Positions 25,090-35,439 of a stretch of 64,000 bases of DNA are shown in pieces. Positions within the stretch are counted from its first letter, which is position 1; each line of letters begins with the position of its first letter. The notes under the pieces are model-generated. The model searched no databases, had not been told where the DNA came from, and was given only the letters and a program-made list of their open reading frames with translations. The stretch lies in assembly GCA_964106915.2 (NCBI GenBank), contig OZ066914.1. The stretch is one strand, 5' to 3'. Origin of the DNA: Podarcis gaigeae (taxonomy: Eukaryota). The position numbers and the translations under genes are program-made.

Positions 25090-26380
25090 CAGGGGGGAAT
25101 TACCTGCGGGGAGAAGGCTGAGGTGACGGCTCGGGGTCTCATTCCGGGGACGAGCCCGGAGGCTATCTTAGTCCCTCCTCATGGTCAGACCCAGTGGGCC
25201 TCTCCGAAATCCTCGGGGCTTGTTTCGACTCGAAGGGCTGGAAGGTGCCGCCCTCGCCGCTCCTGTGGCTTCTTTCCTCGGAGAGGAGACGTGGCAGTGA
25301 ACGTCCTTTGCTGGGGCCACCTCAGGGACCCCAATGGGGGCTCGCAGCACCAAGACCCCTCCGGCCCCGCAGACTTGAGGGCCGCCCGCCTCTCGTCTCC
25401 CTTCTTCCTAGCGCACCTTTCGCGCTCGGCTCCGCTGCCCAATTCCCGGGCGGGACAAGGCTTTCCTCAGCCCCGTCTGGGAATATGGCGGGGGGTAGGG
25501 GTTTCGTAGATTCGTTGCCCAAGTCTGCCGGGAAAACAGCGCCTGCTGGGGAGAAGGCCTGTTGGGACCTTTGGTCCCGAGGCGGGTGACCAATATCCGG
25601 CCTCCACTCGCCGCTGCCCAGTGCTTGGTCCAGCCCAGGGAAGGGGTTGGGAATGCCCGAGCCTGGCTGGCCCGCGTACGAGTGGTCTCCGCTTGCGCCG
25701 CCCCTTCGAGGAAGGCTCTGAGGAACCGGCGCCGGCCTTCGAGGAGAAGTCGCTCAGGCCCTACGAGCCGACCTGCCCGTCGTCGCAGGTTACACATCCA
25801 GGGTGTCCCTCACGGCCGCAGACTCCCCCTGCAGCCGCCGCCACCGCCGCCATTGCTGCTGTTTGTTTTCATCCACTCAGGGCAAACGGGGAGCGCTGAC
25901 TCTGCATCCGCCGCGGCACTTTCCACAGAGACGAGGACCCGCCTCCCGTTATCAGCGACCCCCTCCCCGCCCCAGTGGGCCAGCCCGCAGACGTTAATTA
26001 TCGGCGGGAGGCGGGAATGCCCACCTGGGAGGCTTAAAGGGGTGAAGGGCCGGTCTCGTGAGGAATCTGCGATTGGGAATGAACAGGCCGGGCGTCGTGA
26101 GAGGGACTTGGAGCTCCGCCTCGGGATCCGGGTGCTGGGAAGGGACTTCGGGACAGGCTCCCCTTGCGCTATCGGGGTAAATCGGGGGTCCGGCGGAGAG
26201 GGAGGTGTAGACGTGTAGCCGCGCCGCGAAACATGCTTATATCCTGCGCTTTCAGTCTTTCTCCAAGCGCAGCCCGCTCTCCAGCTCCCGTCCTCCCTGG
26301 AAGACCCCTTTGCACCCCCCCCCCCCAGTCTTCTCCCCGCTTCTCTAGGGAGGAACTTGTAGTCCACCACAGGGCCGGAT
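25090..26380. promoter_or_regulatory. CpG island and bidirectional promoter shared by ATG13 (-) and HARBI1 (+)
   Basis: Abrupt GC- and CpG-rich block with GC boxes (CCCCGCCC ~25965), a reverse CCAAT (GATTGG ~26071) and a YY1-like GCCGCCATT (~25846). Candidate - strand donors at 25814 (GCC|GTGAGG) and 25104 (CAG|GTAATT); candidate + strand donor at 26176 (GGG|GTAAAT). Confidence 0.88.
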
Positions 26381-26721
26381 TTAGGTTTGATGAAGCCCTA
26401 GGCTACTGAAGGTAATGGGACCCTTTATATGTCCAGCTGTCCTTTGTCAACAACAAATTGCCGCTGTTTTTTGTGTTGAATACTGTATATACTATATGGT
26501 AATTTATGGACCTAATAGGTATCTAAAGCCGTTTGCACATAACAAATAGGAGCCTACACAACACAAAATACTGTTGCTGTATGTAGGTTTTATTTTATTT
26601 GTTTTTTATCTTATATTTTGGAAATGTACATCCATTTTTTCCCCTTTAATTTTTTTGGGACCCCCAAGAGAGTGGAGCTCTAAGCTATAACTTGTTTAGC
26701 TTATACGTAAATCCGGCACTG
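26370..26721. mobile_element. hAT-family MITE with a perfect 8-bp TSD
   Basis: TIR CAGGGCCGGATTTA / TAAATCCGGCACTG (13/14). GTCCACCA is duplicated at 26362-26369 and 26722-26729. Confidence 0.92.
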
Positions 26722-29704
26722 GTCCACCAGATGGTGTTGCACTACCGTTGCCACCATTGGCCATGCTGGCCGGTGCTGATGGGGAGAGTTGGAGCGGGTG
26801 AGATTTCCCACAACTACTGTTGGGTTACCCTGCTGCATGTTCCGCTTTCACAGCATCCTCCAATAAGGCAAATTCATGCCCCTTTCGCAGAGACCTGCCT
26901 GCTTTTGAGCTCTCTTTTGCAGTTCCTGCTTCATCAGGTGCCCTTCACTTCCCACCACAAACAGTTTAATGCCTCGTTGCCATTCTTCTCCCTCTCTTGC
27001 ACCCCTTCACCTTCCGTCATTTATGCTTTGGGTCCTTTAGGAAAGTCATTCCTGGTGGCTCAACCGAGAAGCGTGAATGAAACCTTGAAAGTGACACATG
27101 AGAACCCAGCTGGATTAGACCACAGGCCCATTTGATTCTGTATTGTGCTCTCACACAGTGACTAACCAGATGCCTGGAGATAGCCTCCTTCTTTGGGTGC
27201 ACTCTCTTCTTCAAACATAGTCTTGAGTGTCAGACGTGTATTTTGCTGCACAAAGGTTATTGCATGTTTTTGTAGACATACTCATATAGTGTCTCATGTA
27301 TGTTACAAGACAAAACATTGCATTCTCAGACATTGATAATGATGCTACATTTCCTCCTAAATCTATTTATCTCAAAATGATGATAGGGATATTAATGACA
27401 TATCAGTTACAACAGTTAATTGTGGGCTTAACAACTAGCTGCTAAATACCAGGAATAATTTTTTAAAGTAGACATATTGCCTCAGCTGTTACTGAGACAA
27501 AATAATATATTACACATATGTCAGTTGCAACTACTTTTGTATTCATCGCTGGAAAAAGGAAAGCATTTATCTTTTAGTCTCTTGGCTGGAATCTACACAC
27601 ATTTAGAAAACACTATGAAAATGCTTTTTTAAAAAAAGTTTTGAAAAATACATTGAATTTGGCATAGCTCACTCTCGCCATCTAGTGTCACATTTGTATA
27701 TTGCACTCTACAACACATTTAAAATATTTTATTTGCAGCTGTGTAGCTGAGTCTTGGTAGCAGAGTCTGTATGTATGCTGGCACGTCTTCTGAGTTGGTT
27801 TATTGACGTAGGTAAAACCTGCCTTGTTTTTGACAACTTGCCTGGTACTCATGGGTGACCAGGAAATTCATGGTGAATGAACAGGTTGGTGGAGGAGGAG
27901 TGGGTTACTTGGTCTCTTTTCTGCCAGTCCACTTGGTTTCTTTGCTAGCCAGGCAGGAAGGAAAGCCTATTCTTTCATAACCACGAAATAGGCTAGTGAA
28001 GGAGGAGCATATATACCCTTCCTTCCTACATGCCCTTTCACTTAGCAAGCTGGTTAAAAAAGCTGCCTTCTAAGAGTCTAGTAGCTTGCATTTTCATGTT
28101 GGCCACAGAAGAGGGGACTTTCCCTCCTCCATGGCCACCATGGCAACACAGACCTCTGGCTTCTTAGTAAGCTGTGGTGGTGAGCTAATTACTTTTGTGG
28201 GCTTATTTTCAATGATGGCTAATACTAGGTAATCCCTCAGTTGTTTGGGGGAATTCACACCTTTGGTATCAGATGTTCATAGATGAACCAGACCAGATTC
28301 AATCCATTGGTTTTTGGTTTTTATTATTATTAAATTGTTAATCTTGTGAGTGCACAATAACACAACTATTATGAGAGAGGGGATGACTATCAAGCATTGT
28401 CCATACATTCAGAGGGACAGAATGTTATGTTTATGTAATGCAACACATGGGTATATGAAGAGGGGGAAATGCTTATTACATACAGGAATGAGGAGATAAT
28501 GCAAACTATTAACATTTTGGCTCTTTCCAGCAATGGTCTCCAACTGAGAACAGAAAAATTCTCTTGTAGAGATGCCACCCTAAACTTATAGGCTATATCT
28601 GATACCAAAGTGCCCCTTACATTGCTATTTAATTAGATACCTACCTGCCTCCTTTCTATTATTACTACTGGGAGTCACTGGTAGACATTAAAAAACAGGA
28701 TACAAGAAATACAGTATTACTTTGTTGAAACTTTGATTTTGCAAGATTGGAACTCCTTGGTTCTCAAGACAGCTCCTTGCCACTAGAATACGACTGACTT
28801 GCTTAACAATGGAAAAGAGTGGTTGGGTGAAGCATCTCTGTTTATATAACTTGCTCTTCTTAGGCACATAGTTTCAGTACATTTATCAACTCCAGTTGTT
28901 CCAGAATTCTAGATTTTGTGTGCACTTGGACAAACAGAAAAAATATCCTTGAGGGACAGCACAGCTTATTAACAAGCATTAGAACAAAGCAACTCTTTGT
29001 TTTTCAGTGCTGCACGTTTCTAAAAATATCACCAGCTTAAGTTTTGCCAATTCACACCCTCATGCCTCATACAGCCAATTAATTTTAATGCAGTAACACA
29101 TAAAGAAAGAAATTTTCCTAGTCTTGTTTAACCGGTTCAGAGAGAGAATGTAAACATAGCACTAATTTATTGTGAAATATGTACTCAACAGTTCCAATTT
29201 TGCGTATGACCCAAGGTCAGTACTAATTGTGCATTCTTGCTTTCTCAAGAATGTCCCACGACCCTGTGTGAAATTATATACAGCTCCAAAAAAAATTCCA
29301 CTGGAAATTTCCCAGAACTACGACCATGATTCATTGGCTCTTTCACTGAAATTAATAGCAGAATCCCATGGAGATAATATTGTCAACTTTTCTGGTAGAA
29401 TGTTATCTGGTAGGACTCAGCCACGTTAATAGGACTGTGGGAAAGTTTTCTATATTTCTTTTCCTTGTGTTCTCAGGTGTATGATCTGGTCTCATAGCAA
29501 TTAGTGTAAATGCCAAGTTAAATTAAAGTGTACATTTGTAAACTAATTTCAAAATCCTATTTACCTAAGCCAATAGGTTTATTTGTGTGTAATTAGTATG
29601 AAATTGACAGTAGAGTCAAGTAGGCTGTTAGGATCCATGTCCTCAATTTTCCTTTTTTTTTGGCTCCAATGTAGGTGAGTAGAGAGAAGAAAGATCAACC
29701 CATC

Positions 29705-30374
29705 ATGGCTGTTCCCATAGCCATTCTTGATTGTGATCTCTTGCTATATGGTCGTGGGCATCGAACACTTGATCGTTTCAAACTGGAGGATGTGACTGAT
29801 GAATATCTGGTGTCTATGTATGGCTTCCCACGTCACTTCATTTACTATCTGGTGGATCTTCTGGGTGCCAGCCTTTCTCGTCCTACACAACGATCAAGGG
29901 CCATTAGCCCAGAGACGCAAATTCTTGCTGCATTAGGTTTTTGCACTTCTGGTTCTTTCCAGACTCGCATGGGAGATGCCATTGGCATCAGCCAGGCCTC
30001 TATGAGCCGTTGTGTTGCCAATGTTACCGAGGCCCTGGTGGAGAGGGCATCTCAGTTCATTCATTTCCCAGATGATGAAGTGTCGGTGCAGCATCTGAAA
30101 GATGACTTTTATGGGCTGGCAGGTATGCCAGGGGTACTAGGACTAGTTGATTGCAACCATGTCGCAATAAAGGCACCCAGTGCTGAGGACCTGTCATATG
30201 TGAATAGAAAGGGCCTTCATTCTTTAAACTGCCTGATGGTTTGTGACGCCAGGGGAATGCTACTGAGTGCGGAAACACACTGGCCAGGCAGCTTGCAGGA
30301 CTGTGCTGTGCTGCAGCAGTCAGCCCTCAGGAACCAGTTTGAAGCTGGCATGCACAAAGATGGCTGGCTACTTG
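29705..30374 (+). CDS. HARBI1: HARBI1 coding exon 1 (670 nt)
   Basis: ATG in ATCATGG context; ends CTTG|GTAAGT; contains D149 (30149) and D199 (30299). Confidence 0.96.
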
Positions 30375-31426
30375 GTAAGTTCTTTCTCATGACTGGCATC
30401 TTTGAAAGTCTATTTTGGTGGAACTTCTGTTTGGTTCTGTGACATGCCACATAACATTTATGTGTCAAAACTGCAGATTTTACAGTTCTCCCTCTATAAA
30501 AATAAATCAAACAAAGGTAGCATGAAACATAGAATCTTAGAGTTGGAAGGGACCCAAAGGTCACCTAGTCCAACGCCTTGCAATGCAGGAACCTCCGCGA
30601 AAGCATCAGTGACAGATGGCCATCCAACCTTTGATTAAAAACCTTCAAGGAAGGAGCGTCCACCACCTCTCATGGTCAACAGCTCTTACCGTCTGAAAGT
30701 TTTACTGAATGTTTAGTCTGAATCGCCTTTCTTGCAACTTGAATCTATCGGTTTGAGTCCTACCCTCCAGAGCAGGAGAAAACAAGCATGCTCCCTTCTC
30801 CATGTGACAGGCCTTAAGATAGTTGAAGATGACTATCATATCTCCTTTCAGTCTCTTCCAGGCTAAACATACCCAGCTCCTTCAAGCGCTCCTCATAAGG
30901 CTTAGTTTCCCTTGATCATCTTGGTTGCCCTCCTGGCTTCATACACATAACTGGCTTCATATAGATGCCTGGTTTTATTATCAGGTGATGTAATTATTTG
31001 CACTCTCATGTCCCTGTTTGGTTTGTGATCTTTCTTTTTCTTTTGACAGGTGATAGTTCATTCTTTCTTCGCACTTGGCTAATGACCCCTCTGCATATTC
31101 CTGAAACGCCTGCAGAGTGCCGGTATAACATGGCACATTCAGCCACTCACAATGTCATTGAACGTACATTCAGGACAATTCGGTCCCACTTCCGTTGTCT
31201 GGATGGGTCAAAGGGCACGTTGCAGTATTCTCCCGAGAAGGCCAGCCACATCATTCTGGCTTGCTGCGTGCTTCATAACATTTCTCTAGAGCATGGACTG
31301 GATGTGTGGTCTTCCCAAACGATGGGACAGATGGAACAGCCAGAGGAAGAATATGAACATATGGAATCACTTGACTCTGAAGCTGATCGAGTTCGTCAGG
31401 AATTATTACTCACTCATTTTAGCTAA
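29705..31426 (+). CDS. HARBI1: Harbinger transposase-derived 1 (putative nuclease HARBI1), spliced CDS 1047 nt, 348 aa
   Basis: [25 protein letters not shown]...[10 protein letters not shown], with a single phase-1 intron at 30375-31049. Confidence 0.97.
30528..30936 (-). mobile_element. CR1 LINE 3' fragment in the HARBI1 intron
   Basis: CATAGAATCTTAGAGTTGGAAGGGACC...CAGGCTAAACATACCCAGCTCCTTCA...ATCTTGGTTGCCCTCCT, a typical antisense CR1 3' end. Confidence 0.85.
31050..31426 (+). CDS. HARBI1: HARBI1 coding exon 2 (377 nt)
   Basis: TTTTGACAG acceptor; (G)[13 protein letters not shown]...HNVIERTF...THFS*. Confidence 0.96.
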
Positions 31427-31749
31427 CATTACAAGACATACTAAGTTGGACATATTAAAAGACATGCAAACAATTATGATAGATCCTGATTTTCCTCTTA
31501 CATTCAGCAAGAGAAATAAATGGGGATGCAACTATTGAAATTGAAATTTTGTGTTTGTATAATATTTTGCATTTAATATACTATTTTGGATTCATTGTGC
31601 ACATTGCATCTGATTCCGTCAGTACTCAGTATTTCAGTCCCTGCTACTTTTTAGTGTCCAGCCTTATTGGAGGACCATTTATCAAGGACAATATGATATG
31701 GGAGGAATGCATATTCAGTTTAATATTGTATTTTTAAGTATTTAAAAAT

Positions 31750-31755
31750 AATAAA
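31750..31755 (+). promoter_or_regulatory. HARBI1: Candidate HARBI1 poly(A) signal (a proximal alternative lies at 31515-31520)
   Basis: AATAAA followed by T/GT-rich sequence. Confidence 0.55.
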
Positions 31756-32396
31756 ATGTATTTTGTTTATGGTGTAACAGATTCGGAACACTTGTTTCAG
31801 TTATTAACTGAAATTCTCCAATATTGGTCTGTACAGACACAGCAGGTGCTTTAATTAACCCAACAGTTTAACTTTACCCTTGATAGTGCACTTTTCCATT
31901 GTCTCTTGAGACAGATGAATGCCAACTAACTAAACTGTAAAAGTGGCTTACACATGGTTAAAAATAGAAGCATTCCTCTTTTTTTGCTTGGTAACTTATC
32001 ACTCTTGTCTGCCTTTTTTTCATCCAACAGCAACTGGATTTGTGTAACGGAAAGGGGAGTTGTTACTATATAGATTGAGGCAGGAGGGAAGGAATGGTTT
32101 GTGGTCCATTTTGTTGTCCCAGTAATTCCTGAGTCATCAAGAATGAGAGGTCAGAGCAAAAATAGCCTCAACAAATCTACAAAAATATTCCTTATGATCA
32201 AATATCCTTACCCAGTGTACCAACACAGTGTACCCCGCCGCCCAGTGTACCAACACAAATCTATGTAAAGTCTTAGCAATCATTAACCTAGAGATTAACC
32301 TCTCAATGTGGGTATAAGAAAGGTTTATTGTAGAGACCCCTACATTCTTCACAGAGACTTGCACCCCATGGAGTCTATGTTGGTGTCAGATTAGGG

Positions 32397-33475
32397 AGTC
32401 TTCTTCTTTGGCGATCACTCATAACCGAGTAAGATTGTCTTCCATAAACATGGTTTTTGTTTTTTTATAACAATTTATTAATTTTCCAAAAAGAACATAA
32501 AAAATAAACATAAAAACAACAATATATAATGGAGGAAAAAAACCATCATAATCAAAAATTTTAAACCATTATTTTTGCTTGACTTCCCTCCCCTCCCCCT
32601 CTTGGTTTCATTGTTTAATACTTGTTCGTGCATGTCCTTATAACCTTATAATCTTAATAATTCAACTTTTAAACTTTGTTCATCTTAATACAAGTGAGTT
32701 TTAAAAGTTATACTAACGTGAAAGTCTGTACACAAAGCTTAAAAGATGAGCATTAAACCTTTACCCCTTTTTTATTATTCAAAGTCCTCTTTCTGTCTTG
32801 GGTTCTACATTAACTAGTTTATCCTGTATAGTTCAATAGTTTAGTTTACCAGTCTTCTTCGTCTTCTTTAACGGAGGCTTATTCCTTCTGTAGGGGCTGG
32901 CTGGTCTTGGCCTGGCGTCCAATCTTGCATACAGGAACAATGTATTTTGTTCAATAAGTCCAACAAGTTCTGTACATCTCCATGTCATAACTTCAGTTTT
33001 TTTAACAACAATCATTTCCCAATTTGTTTTCAAATCTTTATATATCTTATCCCAGGCTTTTTTAATGATTTTACATTGCCACCACATATAATAACCTTTT
33101 ATGCTTTTTGCTCTCCCTTTCTGTTTTTTCTCTATCACAGTCAAAGCCTCCTCACAGAAGGTATCATTTTTATCTTGGACCAAGTCATAGGCCTCCCAAA
33201 TCAATTCACACAAGGTGTCATTAACTCATAAACACGGTTTTAACAGTGAGTTCGTAAGAGACTATGGAGGCCAATTCTGGATCCACATGTCCTTCCACAG
33301 CGGGGACATAGGTTTCCAGGCGGGAGTTGATCACTGTGAGGGTTTGCCAAGTGTGCTCTTCCTCTCTTTGGACCTGAGTTCCGAGTGTCTTCAAAGCCCA
33401 TGACACCTTTGGTAAAGGCTGTTCTCCAGCTGGAGTGCTTGCAGTCCAGTGTTTCCCAGTTGTTGGTGTTTATGG
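32397..33475 (-). mobile_element. RTE-clade LINE 3' end, split by an L1 insertion
   Basis: The - strand reads NWETL..SSWRTAFTKGVMGFEDTR...CPRCGRTCGSRIGLHSLLRTH (C2H2-like C-terminus). A (GAA)n-like tail lies at ~32397-32408. Confidence 0.8.
32458..33226 (-). mobile_element. 5'-truncated L1-clade LINE with poly(A) tail and 15-bp TSD
   Basis: ORF 32833-33213 has a YMWWQC L1 ORF2 C-terminal-like motif. T-run at ~32454-32466. TSD CATAAACA(T/C)GGTTTT at 32443-32457 and 33227-33241. Confidence 0.8.
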
Positions 33476-34103
33476 TTTCCAGTGATGGGTTAAGGATTTG
33501 GTTCCAGCACCCTTTTCCCATTCTTAATTACTTCTACCCCAGGTGAGGCCCTGGCCTGGAAAAGAAGTCCTGATGTCACTCCATGCCCAGCTTTGTACCC
33601 AATCTCAACAATGGGGAACCTGCCCCCTCAAACCTGAGGTGGCGCAAAGAGCCTTGGCCCTTTGAAGCTAGTGCCTATGATGGGAATAAATTCTTACCTG
33701 CTTACAGTATTTGCCCTGCTCTAGATTCCATTTCTAACAGTGTAAGTCAATGCATGTCTACTCGGAAGTAGAGTTCACTGGGACTTACTGCCAGGAAGAT
33801 GTACCTATGATAGTTGGTTTCCAGTCTTGGTAATGTTGCAGCTAGATCTAACTGTGTGCCAAATATATAGAAAGCTAGGAACCATGGCGAGGAAAAGCTT
33901 TTTGAACTCATTTGTAGAAAAATCGACTTTACTTACAAGATAAGTAAAATACTTCTGTAGTTTTAATTGTTTGCTATGGTATTTGAGAACATGCTGCAAT
34001 GCTAGGATGTGCTGCTGTAACTCTGAATGAATGTTTGTCAGTCTAGCATTTAGGCAACAATGCTAATATATGCTAAACTCAGAAACCAGATTGAGGCAAA
34101 ACT

Positions 34104-34270
34104 CAGGGACAGACTTTGGTAATCTGTTGTAACGTGGTGCCTTGGGTGAGGACAAAATTTGGTGCCATTCAAAATGGATCTTCTCAGTTATGGATCTTCT
34201 AAATTTTTCTCCCCCTCGACTTAGTGCCCTGTGCAGGGGGAATCACCCACACCACCCTAAATCTGGTGCT
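34104..34270. mobile_element. Older hAT-like MITE
   Basis: Flanked by GCAAAACT at 34096-34103 and 34271-34278. Its right end TAAATCTGGTGCTG resembles that of the 26370 element. Confidence 0.65.
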
Positions 34271-35439
34271 GCAAAACTGATTAGAAACAAGAGGGCCTTA
34301 TGAAACTCAGACACCTACATGTACAACATATTGTTGCACAAGCAGGTGATGCAGGACCTTCATTAAGTACCTGTCCTTAATTATATTTGTGTTGTAATTA
34401 TGATGCAGTAGCTCCTGATGAGATCATGGCAGAGCTGTCAGTGACTCTGAGAGCTAAGAGGACTAGATGGGAAAAGATGGGAAAAGCAAGCCTAAAGAGA
34501 GCCTAGTCTTAATGCAATCCTAACTTTGTCTACTCAGAGAAAATCCTATTGAATTCAATGGGGTTTACTCCCAGGTAAAAGGGGTTATGATTGCAGCTGT
34601 TGCACAGAGAGTAGTACATTTTGCTTTGTGAGTTGTTGAATACAAGCATTTGTTTCTTGTGCCTTTTATTAGTTTATTAGCAGAACTCGTACTATCCTCA
34701 GACACATCTAGAAAGTCTGCAGCAAAACCTTATGTAGGCTTACTCAGAAGTAAATCACAATGTGGTAGCAGTAGGAGGCCTCTTAAGTCTCTGTTTCAGC
34801 GTGGATCTATACACAGGAAAAAACACGATAAGGAAGTCACAAATTAAATCGTTATAACAAAAGAAAAAACACTATGTAAAATCTCATAGAAAAAGTTTGT
34901 TCTACAGCACCATCTGGTGTTGCATGTTTATAACACTTTCAAAACACTGTTGTTTTTTTGACTAATGTAGGTGAGTCATCCGTGCCACCAGTTTTAACAG
35001 CAACCCTGTGCATATTTACTTCATAACAAGTCCTGGTGAGTTCAGTGGGACTTAATTCTAAGCCAACGGCCATACATATAAAGTGTATGGTTTTCCCCAA
35101 ATCCTAGCACAAACTACGGGGAAAGCTTTCAATGTGTGGTGTGGACGTGCACCTTTTTTCTGCACGAAAGAGTGTGCGTTCATTATAGAAAGTGGAATTG
35201 ATAGTGTATGGGGAAATTTGGGAAATGTGATTTTTTTTTTTTAAGGGGAAAAAAATCCAGTGCGCAGTCATGGTTTGCCAAATAAAGTTATACTGATTTT
35301 TTTTTTTTTAAAGTTTTACAATAAAAATGTATTGGAGGCAGTGGTGGTTATTTATGGCTTTGATTTTGCGGGGGGGGGGTGTAGCCATTTTTAAAGAACA
35401 TGTGTGGTACTTTATGGAGGTCCCTGGCAGATGATTACC

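Noticed and set aside
25087-26409. Many overlapping ORFs up to 218 aa on both strands
   Set aside because: These are Arg/Pro/Gly-rich frames expected in a stop-poor CpG island, with no recognisable domain. Only the short spliced leader possibility is kept as a finding.
29675-30442. HARBI1 as an active Harbinger transposon, or as a 255-aa single-exon protein
   Set aside because: It matches the host gene HARBI1, has a spliceosomal intron, and shows no flanking TIRs or Myb-like partner ORF. The ORF track starts at a GTG and reads into the intron.
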